In this document: positions 17,705-27,346 of the stretch, in pieces
Layout of the letters: every line of letters begins with the position of its first letter
Position numbering within the stretch: position 1 is the first letter of the stretch
Origin: Acidimicrobiia bacterium
GTDB taxonomy: Bacteria > Actinomycetota > Acidimicrobiia > IMCC26256 > JACDBD01
NCBI GenBank assembly: GCA_035316025.1
Contig: DATFXL010000126.1
Span: forward strand, 10,642-74,641
Direction of reading: 5' to 3'
DNA: 64,000 nt
Made by a program: the position numbers and the translations under genes
Notes under the pieces: model-generated
What the model saw: only the letters and a program-made list of their open reading frames with translations
Database searches by the model: none
Told to the model about the DNA's origin: nothing

Positions 17705-18919
17705 TCACGACGACGCCGGCTGATACGGACGGAGCTCGCGCCGGGCGATCTGCTGTTTGTGCACCTCGTCGGGGCCGTCGACGAGATGCAGGGTCCGGGC
17801 GTGCGTGTACATCGACGCCAGCGGCCAGTCGTCCGACACGCCGGCGCCGCCGAAGAGCTGGATGGCGCGGTCGATGACGTTCGTCGCGACGCGCGCGCCG
17901 ACGACCTTGATCGCCGCGATCTCGAAGCGGGCGCCCTTGTTGCCGACGGTGTCCATGAGCCAGGCGGCCTTGAGGACGAGCAGACGGGCCTGTTCGATCT
18001 CGATGCGCGACTCGGCGATGCGGTCCTGGACGACTCCTTGCTCGGCGAGTGGCTTGCCGAAGGGGCTGCGCGTCCAGGCCCGCTCGCACATCAGCTCGAG
18101 CGCCTTCTCGGCCAGGCCGATGGCCCGCATGCAGTGGTGGATGCGTCCCGGGCCCAGCCGCGCCTGTGCGATCGCGAACCCGCCGCCCTCCTCGCCGAGG
18201 AGGTTCGACGCCGGGAGGCGGACGTCCTCGTACAGCGTCTCGCAGTGTCCGCCGCCGGCGTCGTGCCCGAACACCGGGAGCGTGCGCACGATCTGGACGC
18301 CGGGCGCGTCGAGGGGCACGAGGATCATGGACTGGCGGTGGTATGGGTCGGCGTCGGGATTCGACACGCCGAGGAGGATCGCGACCTTGCACCGTTTCGA
18401 CGCGGCACCGCTCGTCCACCATTTGTGCGCGTTGACGACGTACTCGTCGCCGTCGCGCTCGATCCGGCTCTGGATGTTGGTCGCGTCGGAGCTCGCGACC
18501 CACGGCTCGGTCATTGCGAAGCACGACCGGATCTCGCCGTTCAGGAGTGGGAGCAGCCACCGCTCCTGCTGCTCCGGCGTGCCGAACTCGGTGAGGATCT
18601 CCATGTTGCCGGTGTCGGGCGCGGCGCAGTTCGTTGCCTCGGCCGCGAGCAGGTTGCGGCCCATGAGCTCGCACAACGGCGCGTAGTCGAGGTTGGAGAG
18701 CCCGGCGCCCCGCTTCTCATCGGGCAGGAAGAGATTCCACAGACCACGCGACCGCGCCTCGGCTTTCAGCTCCTCCATCACCGGGGGGTGGAAGTGCGGG
18801 TCGCCCGACTCCGTCACCTGCTGCCCGTAGACGGGCTCGGCGGGCACGACGCGGGTGTCGATGAAGTCGCGCAGCTGCTTCTGGAGCTCGAGCGACCGGG
18901 CGCTGAACTCGAAGTCCAT
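17705..18919 (-). CDS. acyl-CoA dehydrogenase
   Basis: 404 aa. CFAMTEP...WWTSGA and QLFGGAG patterns typical of ACADs. Confidence 0.9.
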   Translation of the reverse strand: MDFEFSARSLELQKQLRDFIDTRVVPAEPVYGQQVTESGDPHFHPPVMEELKAEARSRGLWNLFLPDEKRGAGLSNLDYAPLCELMGRNLLAAEATNCAAPDTGNMEILTEFGTPEQQERWLLPLLNGEIRSCFAMTEPWVASSDATNIQSRIERDGDEYVVNAHKWWTSGAASKRCKVAILLGVSNPDADPYHRQSMILVPLDAPGVQIVRTLPVFGHDAGGGHCETLYEDVRLPASNLLGEEGGGFAIAQARLGPGRIHHCMRAIGLAEKALELMCERAWTRSPFGKPLAEQGVVQDRIAESRIEIEQARLLVLKAAWLMDTVGNKGARFEIAAIKVVGARVATNVIDRAIQLFGGAGVSDDWPLASMYTHARTLHLVDGPDEVHKQQIARRELRPYQPASS

Positions 18920-19102
18920 TCAGGCGAACGCTACCCCGGCATCGGGAAGACGGACGGCGCCGAGTTCCCCGAGGCTTTCTCGCCGAGACGCCTCGGCAGC
19001 GCTACAACCGGGCTCGTCGCTTGCGTATGATCCCCCGGCCTTACAGGCACGGACGGGATGACCGTTCACCGTTCGTACTCGCCTGCGTTACGTTGACGAC
19101 AA

Positions 19103-19891
19103 ATGGTGCATCTCACCGGTACCTACTCCAATGTCGATGGCTCGGCCGACCCCGTGGGCGCCGCCGAGTGGATGGACACGATGTGCGACTGGCCGTTCAT
19201 CCGCGTGTACAAGGAGCGGACCGTCGACCTGCTGCACATCAAGCCGGGCGCCCGGCTGCTGGACGTCGGCTGCGGGACCGGGCACGACACCCGCGCCCTG
19301 GCGACGGCGGCGGGATCCGACGGGGTCGCGATCGGCATCGACGCCTCGGCCGTGATGCTGAAGACCGCCCGAACGCGTGGCGGCGCCTATCTGCAAGCCG
19401 ACGCCCGGGCCCTGCCCTACGCCGACGACGCGTTCGACGGCACCCGAATCGACCGGGTGCTCCAGCACGTCGCCGGACCCGACGATGCCGTCGAGGAGCT
19501 CGTTCGCGTCACCCGATCGGGCGGGCGGCTCGTCGCCATCGATCCCGACCAGGAGACGCTGGTCGCCGACCTTCCCGACGCCGATTTGCTGCGCAAGGTC
19601 AAGGACTTCCGGCGTGATCGCAACCTCTGCAACGGTTCCATCGGCCGGCAGCTGCCGCGCCTGTTCCGCGAGGCGGGCCTGGCCGACGTGGAGTGCGAGG
19701 CGGCGACGCTCGTCCTCACCGACCCGCGTGATGCGTTCGGCTTCACGATCTGGCCCCGGCTCATGCACGCCGAGGGGTTGCTCACCGACGACGAGCTCGC
19801 CCGGTGGGAAGGCGCCGTCGACGCCGCCGTCGGTGGGGACGAGTTCCTGTATGCCGTTACCTTCTTCGTCGCCAGCGGCACGAAACCCTGA
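19103..19891 (+). CDS. class I SAM-dependent methyltransferase
   Basis: 262 aa. Motif I LLDVGCGTGHDT; Methyltransf_11-like. Confidence 0.8.
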   Translation: MVHLTGTYSNVDGSADPVGAAEWMDTMCDWPFIRVYKERTVDLLHIKPGARLLDVGCGTGHDTRALATAAGSDGVAIGIDASAVMLKTARTRGGAYLQADARALPYADDAFDGTRIDRVLQHVAGPDDAVEELVRVTRSGGRLVAIDPDQETLVADLPDADLLRKVKDFRRDRNLCNGSIGRQLPRLFREAGLADVECEAATLVLTDPRDAFGFTIWPRLMHAEGLLTDDELARWEGAVDAAVGGDEFLYAVTFFVASGTKP

Positions 19892-19943
19892 GGCGACCCG
19901 CAGCGCTTGACTCTCCCCCGGGGGGAGACCGGAGGATGGCGCC

Positions 19944-20780
19944 GTGTCGGCCGACGGGCTGCTCCGGATCGGTGACTTCTCGAGGGCGTCGTCCCTCTCG
20001 GTGAAGGCGTTGCGCTCCTATCACGAAGCCGGGCTGCTCGTCCCGACGGTCGTCGACCCGCGCACCGGCTACCGGTCGTACTCGGTCGCCCAGCTCACCG
20101 ACGCCGCCATCATTCGCCGCCTCCGCCTCCTCGACGTGCCGCTCGAGGCCATCCGGGAGGTGCTCTCGGCGCGTGATCCCGACGTCACGAAGAAGGTGCT
20201 GGGCGACCACGGCGCCGTGCTGCAGGAACGGCTCGTCTCGATGCAGCGCTCGATCGACGAGCTCCAGGGCGCGCTCGACACTCCCGCTCTGCACACGCCG
20301 GTGCACCGCCGCCACGAGCCGGCGGCCACCGTGCTCACCGTCACTGGCACCGTGAGCGAGGCGACGTGGGTGGACTTCCTCGATCGCGCGTGCGCGAGCT
20401 TGACGGAGGCCGTCGGGGAAGCGGGCGCGGTCGCCGTGGGATCGTTCGGTGGCTGCTACCCCACGTTGCTCGACGACGACGTCCAGGAGGTGGTGGCGTT
20501 CCTACCCGTCGCGACCCCGCTGTTGCTCCCGTCGCCGTCGCGGTCGGCCGGCGTGCAGGTGGGCGAGCTGCCCGCCACCGACGTCGCGGTCATCGCCCAC
20601 CACGGCGCGTACGACGACATGGACGACACGTACCGGCACCTCGGTGCCTGGGTCGCCGAGCACGCTGACCCCGCCGACTTCCCGGTCCGTGAGCTCTACC
20701 TCGTGGGGCGGGCCGAAACCGACGATCCCGAGCGGCTCCGCACCGAGCTCTGCTGGCCCGTGCGCGGCGCCGACGTCTGA
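19944..20780 (+). CDS. MerR family regulator with a GyrI-like effector-binding domain
   Basis: 278 aa with a GTG start. HTH LRIGDFSRASSLSVKALRSYHEAGLL, a coiled coil, and a C-terminal GyrI-like half (AVIAHHGAYDDMDDTYRHLGAW). Confidence 0.8.
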   Translation: MSADGLLRIGDFSRASSLSVKALRSYHEAGLLVPTVVDPRTGYRSYSVAQLTDAAIIRRLRLLDVPLEAIREVLSARDPDVTKKVLGDHGAVLQERLVSMQRSIDELQGALDTPALHTPVHRRHEPAATVLTVTGTVSEATWVDFLDRACASLTEAVGEAGAVAVGSFGGCYPTLLDDDVQEVVAFLPVATPLLLPSPSRSAGVQVGELPATDVAVIAHHGAYDDMDDTYRHLGAWVAEHADPADFPVRELYLVGRAETDDPERLRTELCWPVRGADV

Positions 20781-20805
20781 ACGCAAACGAGTATCAGGAG
20801 ACCCC

Positions 20806-21219
20806 ATGGCATCAATCACGAAGCAGGCCGTGATCGACGCATCACCCGAAGAAGTTTGGGACGCGCTCCGGGACTTCGGCGCCGTCCACGAACGGCTCGC
20901 ACCCGGGTTCGTCGTCGACGCCGAGCTCCACGGCGACAGCCGGGTCGTGACGTTCTTCAACGGCGCCGTCGCGCGCGAGCTCCTCGTCACCATCGACGAC
21001 CATGCCCGTCGGCTGGTCTACTCCGTGGTCGAGAGTCCCTTGCACGGCACCCACGACAACTCGTCGGCGCAGGTCTTCGCGGACGAGGACGGGAGCCGCT
21101 TCGTCTGGATCAAAGACGTGCTGCCTGACGAGATCGCGCCCCGCATCGACGAGCTCATGGACGAGGGGATCGGTGTCGTGAAGCAGACGCTGGAGTCCCG
21201 AGCGCGGTCCCGCGCCTAG
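20806..21219 (+). CDS. SRPBCC (polyketide cyclase/START-like) family protein
   Basis: 137 aa from ATG 20806, with SD caggag upstream. VIDASPEEVWDALRDFGAVHE pattern. Confidence 0.75.
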   Translation: MASITKQAVIDASPEEVWDALRDFGAVHERLAPGFVVDAELHGDSRVVTFFNGAVARELLVTIDDHARRLVYSVVESPLHGTHDNSSAQVFADEDGSRFVWIKDVLPDEIAPRIDELMDEGIGVVKQTLESRARSRA

Positions 21220-22700
21220 CGGCGCGGAACCGGGCCGGGACGACGCTCTACCGGGACGGGCACCGGGACGAGCACCCCGTCGCCGGCACCCGGGCCCGTA
21301 CCGACATCGGGTGCTTCCATGGGCCGCGAGCGCCGCTCGAACGCGATGGTGGCGATGATCGTGCCGAGCCCGGCCGCGATGCAGATCACGACGAACGCGG
21401 CATGGAATGCGGTGAGGCCGACCTGCGACACCAGCACGGTCGACACCGCGGCCACGCCGGCCGCGCCGCCGATCTCGCGCATCGTCTCGACGAGGCCGGC
21501 CGCGAATCCGGTCGCGGTCTCGGTGACGCCGGCGAGCGCTCCGATCTGGGCGGACGGGGCGCACAGCCCGATCGCGATCCCGGCGAGCACCAGGGCCGGG
21601 AGCAGATCCGTGAGGTAGTCGGCGTCGGCCGGGACGCGCGCCAGCCAGAGGACCCCGACGGCGAGGAGCGAGAGCCCGGTGATCAGCAACCGGCGGACTC
21701 CGAAGCGGCCGACGAGCTGCGCGCCGGTGAATGCGGAAGCGAGGAAGGCGGTGACCGAGGTCGCCAGCCACGACACGCCCGTCTTCGTCGCCGAGTACCC
21801 GAGGACCTGCTGCATCAGCAACGAGCCGAGGAAGATGAACGAGAAGAACGCGGCGAAGACGAAGAAGGCAGAAAGGTTCGCGGCGACGAGCGTGCGGTTG
21901 CGGAGCGCGGCGGCAGGCACCAGCGGATGGCGTGAACGCGCTTCGACCCGCACGAACGTCGCGAGCAGGACGGCGGCCGCGCCGAACAACGCCAGCGTCG
22001 ACGCCGAGGTCCAGCCGTAGTCGGCGCCCCGGTTCAGCCCGTACACGAGGAGAAGCAGCCCGCCCGTGACCGTCGTCGCACCGGCGACGTCAAAGCGGCC
22101 CGCGGCCCGGTCTGCCCGATCGACGACGAGGAACAAGCTCGCGACCGCGATCAGCACGATGCCCACCGGCACGTTGATGAAGAAGATCCACCGCCATCCG
22201 GGCCCGTCGGTCAGGAGCCCGCTGGCGATCACGCCCACGGTCGCCGAGGTCCCGCCCACGGCGCCGTAGATGCCGAGCGCCCGGTTGCGGTCCTGGCCTT
22301 CCGTGAACGTCACGGCGAGGATCGAGAGCGCCGCCGGCGTCACGAGCGCGGCGCCGAAGCCCTGGAGCCCACGCGCCGCGATGAGGATCCCGATCGACTG
22401 GGAGACACCAGCAAGAAAGGAGGCTCCCGAGAAGATCGTGAGGCCGGTGAGGAGCACCCGTCGCCGTCCGAGCAGGTCGGCCAGCCGGCCGCCGAACAAG
22501 AGGAAGCCGCCGAGCAGCAGGCCGTAGGCGATGACCACCCACTGCAGGGTGCTCTCGCTCACGCCGAGGTCCCGCTGGATCGACGGCAGGGCGACGTTCA
22601 CGATGGCGACGTCCATGACGACCATGAACTGGGCGGCGCACGCCAGCGCCAGGATCAGGCTCTTCGTCGTGGCGCTGCGGGCGGTGGTGCTGGTGGCCAT
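21216..22700 (-). CDS. MFS transporter, DHA2 family
   Basis: 494 aa. MDVAIVNVALPSIQRDLG and [12 protein letters not shown] motifs, 14 hydrophobic segments. Its stop overlaps the SRPBCC stop (ctag). Confidence 0.85.
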   Translation of the reverse strand: MATSTTARSATTKSLILALACAAQFMVVMDVAIVNVALPSIQRDLGVSESTLQWVVIAYGLLLGGFLLFGGRLADLLGRRRVLLTGLTIFSGASFLAGVSQSIGILIAARGLQGFGAALVTPAALSILAVTFTEGQDRNRALGIYGAVGGTSATVGVIASGLLTDGPGWRWIFFINVPVGIVLIAVASLFLVVDRADRAAGRFDVAGATTVTGGLLLLVYGLNRGADYGWTSASTLALFGAAAVLLATFVRVEARSRHPLVPAAALRNRTLVAANLSAFFVFAAFFSFIFLGSLLMQQVLGYSATKTGVSWLATSVTAFLASAFTGAQLVGRFGVRRLLITGLSLLAVGVLWLARVPADADYLTDLLPALVLAGIAIGLCAPSAQIGALAGVTETATGFAAGLVETMREIGGAAGVAAVSTVLVSQVGLTAFHAAFVVICIAAGLGTIIATIAFERRSRPMEAPDVGTGPGAGDGVLVPVPVPVERRPGPVPRR

Positions 22701-22780
22701 CTCGCCTCCTCACTCGGGTCTTTGCCCACCGACGAACCGGGGACGCTCGGATCGACCGTGAGATTGCTTTCGAGCAGTTG

Positions 22781-22797
22781 GCTTGCTTTTAGCAAGC
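22781..22797. promoter_or_regulatory. AT-rich inverted repeat gcttgct-ttt-agcaagc, candidate operator in the divergent MFS/HxlR intergenic region
   Basis: Perfect 7+7 inverted repeat read from the sequence. It lies between the MFS start (22700) and the HxlR gene. Confidence 0.35.
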
Positions 22798-22801
22798 AAA
22801 C

Positions 22802-22830
22802 TTGTGAAAGTCAAGGTCGGGAGGCATACT
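22802..22830 (+). promoter_or_regulatory. candidate sigma-A-type promoter (TTGTGA - 17 nt - CATACT) giving a leaderless HxlR mRNA
   Basis: -35-like 22802-22807 and -10-like 22825-22830. The GTG at 22837 lies 7 nt after the -10 element. Confidence 0.3.
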
Positions 22831-22836
22831 GGGGAT

Positions 22837-23511
22837 GTGACACGTGGCTATGGGCAGTACTGCGGGCTGGCCCGGGCCCTGGAGCTCGTCGGCGGCCGCT
22901 GGGCACTGCTGGTCGTGCGCGACCTGCTCACCGGTCCGAAGCGCTTCTCCGAGCTCCAGGAAGGGCTCAACGGCGTCCCCACCAACGTCCTGACCTCACG
23001 CCTCCGCGAGCTCGAGGAGGTCGGGATCGTAGAGCGACGGGTGCAGGCGCATCCCGGTGGAGGCGTCGCCTACGCGCTCACCGACTACGGCCTCGAGCTG
23101 GAGGAACCGATCCTCCGCCTCGGGTTCTGGGGGGCGAAGACCATGGGCTCGCCCTGTGAGGGCGACTTCATCAGCATGGACTCCCTGGCGCTCGCGCTGC
23201 GGGGCGCCTTCCGTCCCGACAAAGGCCGCGGGCGGCGGCGGCTCTACGAGCTCCGCGTCGACGGCAAGGCGCTGCGGCTCGTGGTGAAAGACGGACGGGT
23301 GAGCACACCGGCGGCGTCGGCCGAGGAACCGGACGCCGTCCTGGACACCGAGCCCGGCGTCATCAGCGAACTCCTGTCGGGCGCGGTCGAGCTCGACGCG
23401 GCGATCGAGTCCGGGCGCGTACGCGTGGAAGGCGATCGCGCCAGCGCCGAGCGGTTCGTCGAGATGTTCCGTTTTCCATCCACCGCGGCCTCGTCAGCCG
23501 GGCGCGGCTGA
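22837..23511 (+). CDS. HxlR family transcriptional regulator with a C-terminal SCP2-like extension
   Basis: 224 aa from GTG 22837; ORF 22783..23511 begins at a TTG inside the palindrome. YGQYCGLARALELVGGRWALLVVRDLLTGPKRFSEL is the HxlR signature. Confidence 0.75.
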   Translation: MTRGYGQYCGLARALELVGGRWALLVVRDLLTGPKRFSELQEGLNGVPTNVLTSRLRELEEVGIVERRVQAHPGGGVAYALTDYGLELEEPILRLGFWGAKTMGSPCEGDFISMDSLALALRGAFRPDKGRGRRRLYELRVDGKALRLVVKDGRVSTPAASAEEPDAVLDTEPGVISELLSGAVELDAAIESGRVRVEGDRASAERFVEMFRFPSTAASSAGRG

Positions 23512-23535
23512 CGGCGTCGTCGGGGCGCGAACCCT

Positions 23536-24072
23536 CTAGGTGGTGGCGGCGGTCTTCTGCCCACTGTGGAACGTCGGCGCCGGCGCTTCCTTCAGAGGCG
23601 GATGCGTCGCCGTCAGCATCCGTTGCGCATCCTCCCGGTCGGCGTCGGTGAATGCCTTGGTGGTCGCGCAGAACTCGACCAGGGTCCCGTTCGGGTCGAC
23701 CGCGTAGATCGACGTGCACCAGCCGTGATCGATCTCGGCGACGTCGTGGCCGTGGTCGAGCCAGCGCCGCTTGTGCGCTTCGATCCCGTCGAGGTCACCG
23801 GCGTCGAAGGCGAGATGGTTGGTCCAGATCGGGAGTCCCAGCCCGGCCGAGAGTGACGTCTCGAACTCGGCGGGCACGTTCCCGTCATCGTGAATGTCCC
23901 AGAACGCGATCAACCCCTGGCCGTGCGTGTCGTAGAAGAGATGACGGGCCCACCCGCCGCCGTCGGTCGGGGCCGCTTCCACCTTCACCAGCTCGAAGCC
24001 CATCGCCTGCGTGTAGAACTCGTGCGTCGCGCCGACATCTCGAGTCGCGACGGCGACGTGGTGGAATCCCAT
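23536..24072 (-). CDS. VOC family protein
   Basis: 178 aa from ATG 24072 (MGFHHVAVATRDVGATHEFY...), the C-terminal part of ORF 23536..24369. Confidence 0.8.
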   Translation of the reverse strand: MGFHHVAVATRDVGATHEFYTQAMGFELVKVEAAPTDGGGWARHLFYDTHGQGLIAFWDIHDDGNVPAEFETSLSAGLGLPIWTNHLAFDAGDLDGIEAHKRRWLDHGHDVAEIDHGWCTSIYAVDPNGTLVEFCATTKAFTDADREDAQRMLTATHPPLKEAPAPTFHSGQKTAATT

Positions 24073-24120
24073 CCGTGCCCTCCTGCTCCCGGGGGCCACC
24101 AGCATCGCGCGGGAGGCAAC

Positions 24121-24711
24121 GTGGACGAGCGCAACCTGCATGTGGACCCGATCGTGCAGTTCCGGGCTTGGTTCGACCAGGCCGTCGCGGAGGGCGTCCG
24201 AGAGCCCGACGCGATGACGGTGGCCACGGCGGGCCGTGCCGCGGTGCCGTCGGCGCGGACGGTGTCGCTGCGTGGCCTCGACGAGCGCGGCTTCGCGTTC
24301 TACACGAACTACGGCAGCCCGAAGGCGCGCGATCTCGACGAAAACCCGCGCGCCGCGATCGTGTTCCACTGGCGTGAGGTGGAGCGCCAGGTGCGCGCGA
24401 CGGGCACCGTCGCCCGACTCCCACGCGGGGAATCGCTTGCGTACTGGCGGAACCGTCCCCTCGGGAGCCGGCTCAGCGCCCTGATCTCACCCCAGAGCGA
24501 GGTCGTGGCCGATCGCGGCGAACTCGAGGCAGCGTACGACGAGGCCGCCGCCCGGTTCGGCGACGACCCGCCGCTGCCCGAGTTCTGGGGCGGTTTCGTC
24601 GTGACGCCCGACGAGGTGGAGCTGTGGGAGGGACGGCCGAACCGGCTGCACGATCGGGTGCGGTACCGGCGGGTCGACGACGGGTGGCGACGCCAGCGAC
24701 TCGCCCCGTAA
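24121..24711 (+). CDS. pdxH: pyridoxamine 5'-phosphate oxidase
   Basis: 196 aa from GTG 24121. RTVSLRGLDERGFAFYTNYGSPKARDL and ELWEGRPNRLHDRVRY motifs. Confidence 0.85.
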   Translation: MDERNLHVDPIVQFRAWFDQAVAEGVREPDAMTVATAGRAAVPSARTVSLRGLDERGFAFYTNYGSPKARDLDENPRAAIVFHWREVERQVRATGTVARLPRGESLAYWRNRPLGSRLSALISPQSEVVADRGELEAAYDEAAARFGDDPPLPEFWGGFVVTPDEVELWEGRPNRLHDRVRYRRVDDGWRRQRLAP

Positions 24712-24720
24712 TCGTGCGGG

Positions 24721-26301
24721 TCAGCAGGCGGAGGACGCGGCGACCGACGGGCCCGCCGCGGTCGCCGTGTTCCCGGCCTCGTCGGTCGCGACGACAAGCC
24801 ACGTGATTGTCCCGTCGGCGGTGTACGGCCCGATCGGGGCGTCGAACGCGCCACCGTTGGCGGTCATTCGCCGGCGCGTCTCGCCCGCGCTCGGGTCGTT
24901 GAACACGAGCTCGACCGAGGCCAGGTGGTCGCCCGGGTCGACGACGCTGACCAGCGCCGACGTGGTCTGCTGGCGCGGACCGATGCACCCGAACACGGTT
25001 GCGAGGTTGTAGACGAACGGGGGGCGGGTGTCGGGGCCGGGCGCCACGGTCGTCGGTGGGGCGCTCGTCGGGGGGGCGGTGGTGGGCGGCGGAGCCTCGC
25101 CGGCGGCGGCCGCCTTCGCCTCGGGGGCGAAGGCACGGGTCTCGCGTCCGAAGCCCCGGAAGTTCTGGACGATGCCGGCGGCGAACAGCCCCGCCAGCAC
25201 GATCACGGCGATGCGGACGAGCCGCCGCCGCCGGGGGTACATCGAGCGCGGGAACCCGCTGCGCCGGAGCCGAGGAGACGGCGGTACGAGCCTGTCCACC
25301 TCGTCGTAGGCGTCGTACTCGGGCTCGGGCACGGGGGCCTGGCCTGCGCCGGCGTCGGGCGGGGGCGTGATGTCGACGGGAACCGTCGCATCCGTCGCCT
25401 CGTCGATCGCCGAGCCCGGCTCCACCGGCGCCTCCGGCGGATCGGTCCCGGCAACGGCCGCCGCCGGTTCGTCCGCTCCGTGAGTGGCGTTGTCGGGCAG
25501 ATCGGGTGCGGGTTGGCCGAGCACGGCCGCCGTCCATTCGGGCGGCCCCAGCAGCGACCACAGCAGGTCGACACGGTCGAGCACTTCGTCACGCACCTCG
25601 GGCGGCGCCGACTCGGCGGGCACCTCGGCGATCAGCTGGATCGCGTTGGGCTGCTCTCGTCGCAGCGGCGAGCACGTGTGGCACACGTCGACGTGGGCGG
25701 CGACGTGCCGCAGCCATTTGTCCGGATGCGCCGTGTCTTCCCTGGCGATCAGCTTCTTCAGCCGCTCACAGGCGGGGCGGGCGAGCCGTGCGACGAGCAG
25801 CGCGCTCAGCTGTCGCTCGAGCCTCTCGTCGAGGTCGCGGACCAACGCGTCAGCGTGCGGAGGAGACACACCGAGGACGTCGGCCAGCGCCCGGTTGTCC
25901 AGCGGCTGGCGCGCGTGGAGGTCGAGGAGGACGCGATCCTTGCCTGGAAACCACGATGCCGCCTCCCAGACGATTGCGCCGGCGCCGTCCGACGTGGCCC
26001 CGCCGGAGGCGCCGTTGAACTCGGCATGCTCGTCGACGCCCATGGGGATGTGTCGCACGAGCAGCTGATGGCGGGCCAAGGCGAACAGCCACGGCTCGAG
26101 CTTCTCGGGGCGACGCAACCGGTACAGCTCGATTGCGGCCAGGACGAAGGTGTCGACCACGGTGTCGAACGCCGCGTTCGGATTGCGCAGGACCGAGGTA
26201 CAGAGGTCGTAGAGACGAGCGGCGTAGCCGTCGTACATCTGGGAGAGGGCGCCCCGATCACCTGACCGCGCTGACGCCACGAGCTCGGCATCCGTCAGCA
26301 T
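24721..26301 (-). CDS. ECF sigma factor fused to a ZAS-type anti-sigma motif, one TM helix and an extracytoplasmic domain
   Basis: 526 aa from ATG 26301 (GTG 26349 is an alternative). Sigma-2-like aa 25-80 and sigma-4-like aa 120-165. C178-x24-H203-x3-C207-x2-C210 (nt 25672-25770). TM aa 361-381 (nt 25159-25221). Pro/Thr linker, then a ~100-aa beta-rich C-terminal domain. Confidence 0.7.
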   Translation of the reverse strand: MLTDAELVASARSGDRGALSQMYDGYAARLYDLCTSVLRNPNAAFDTVVDTFVLAAIELYRLRRPEKLEPWLFALARHQLLVRHIPMGVDEHAEFNGASGGATSDGAGAIVWEAASWFPGKDRVLLDLHARQPLDNRALADVLGVSPPHADALVRDLDERLERQLSALLVARLARPACERLKKLIAREDTAHPDKWLRHVAAHVDVCHTCSPLRREQPNAIQLIAEVPAESAPPEVRDEVLDRVDLLWSLLGPPEWTAAVLGQPAPDLPDNATHGADEPAAAVAGTDPPEAPVEPGSAIDEATDATVPVDITPPPDAGAGQAPVPEPEYDAYDEVDRLVPPSPRLRRSGFPRSMYPRRRRLVRIAVIVLAGLFAAGIVQNFRGFGRETRAFAPEAKAAAAGEAPPPTTAPPTSAPPTTVAPGPDTRPPFVYNLATVFGCIGPRQQTTSALVSVVDPGDHLASVELVFNDPSAGETRRRMTANGGAFDAPIGPYTADGTITWLVVATDEAGNTATAAGPSVAASSAC

Positions 26302-26387
26302 CGTGTCCCTAGCGTAGAGGGGCTCGCGCGACCCTTGCGATCGGCTCACCGGCGGGTCCTACCCACATTCCGACTAGACAGTCGGCC

Positions 26388-27029
26388 GTGACGGCAGGGG
26401 CGTGGACGCTGCTCGTGGTGGCGGTGGTACTGGCGGTAGGCGACTGGTTGGCCGTCGCCCGCGACGACAAGCGCCTCGAGTACGTGTGCAAGCCCGGGAC
26501 GCTCGCCGCCCTCATCGGCGTGGCGCTGACACTCGATCCTGCGCACGGCGACGCACGCGCCTGGTTCGTCCTCGCGCTCGCGCTGTCACTCGCCGGCGAC
26601 GTGTTTCTGATGCTCCCGTCCGATCGGTTCGTCGCCGGTCTCGCCTCCTTCCTCTTCGCGCACGTCGCGTACGTGATCGGTCTCACCCGGCACGGCGGAT
26701 CGGCCGGCGCGCTCTTCGTCGCCGCCGTCCCCGTCGTCATCGTGACCGGGCTCCTCGGGGCAAGGTTCCTACGGGCGGCGCGGGCTACGGGGCACGACGA
26801 GCTCGTCGGTCCGCTCATCGCGTACATGACGGTCATCGCGGCGATGGTCACGTGTGCAGTCGCGTCGGGCAACGCGCTCGCCGCCATCGGTGCAGTGCTG
26901 TTCATGGCCTCCGACGCGTTGATCGCCGAAACGCGGTTCGTCGGACCGCGCATTTGGGCACCAGTCGTCATCATGGTGACGTATCACCTCGGCCAGGCCG
27001 GCCTGACGCTGTCGCTCGTCCACGGATAG
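26388..27029 (+). CDS. YhhN (lysoplasmalogenase-like) family membrane protein
   Basis: 213 aa with a GTG start. YVCKPGT...LALSLAGDVFLM...FLFAHVAYV...FMASDALIA pattern. Confidence 0.8.
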   Translation: MTAGAWTLLVVAVVLAVGDWLAVARDDKRLEYVCKPGTLAALIGVALTLDPAHGDARAWFVLALALSLAGDVFLMLPSDRFVAGLASFLFAHVAYVIGLTRHGGSAGALFVAAVPVVIVTGLLGARFLRAARATGHDELVGPLIAYMTVIAAMVTCAVASGNALAAIGAVLFMASDALIAETRFVGPRIWAPVVIMVTYHLGQAGLTLSLVHG

Positions 27030-27036
27030 GAGACGG

Positions 27037-27288
27037 ATGCGCAAATCGATCGACGACGCCGTTGACGACCATCCCGCCGGCGACGACGAGCGCCCACCGG
27101 TGTCCTGGTCGGTCGCGGTGTCGGACGACTGCGACGCGTGCGGCGCCGGCAACTCGCGCATCGTGCTGACCGTCGAGGAGCAAGGTCGCGCCGGGTACGG
27201 GCTCGTCGCGCACCTGGCGCCCAGCACCGCCCGCCGGCTGCGCGCCGCGCTCGCCGCCGCCCTGCACGAGCTCGGTGAGGCCCCCTGA
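27037..27288 (+). CDS. hypothetical small acidic protein
   Basis: 83 aa. SD aggag 5-6 nt upstream and high G/C third-position bias. No family recognised. Confidence 0.5.
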   Translation: MRKSIDDAVDDHPAGDDERPPVSWSVAVSDDCDACGAGNSRIVLTVEEQGRAGYGLVAHLAPSTARRLRAALAAALHELGEAP

Positions 27289-27346
27289 TCCGTTTGCCGG
27301 CGTGGAGGCTCCGGAGAGGTGCCGAGATGTCTCCGAAACGCTGAGG

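Noticed and set aside
17120-19030. 636-aa plus-strand ORF. The same applies to 43005..44951 (+), 44035..45879 (-), 49140..50357 (+), 32281..33987 (+) and 12191..13750 (-).
   Set aside because: All are antisense or out-of-frame shadows of genes with clear family motifs. They show low-complexity Arg/Pro/Gly-rich translations and no recognisable domains.
26302-26387. ECF-type promoter (GGAAT ...) upstream of the fused sigma gene
   Set aside because: A GGAAT is present on the minus strand, but no CGTC-like -10 element sits at the appropriate spacing. This is not enough to call a promoter.
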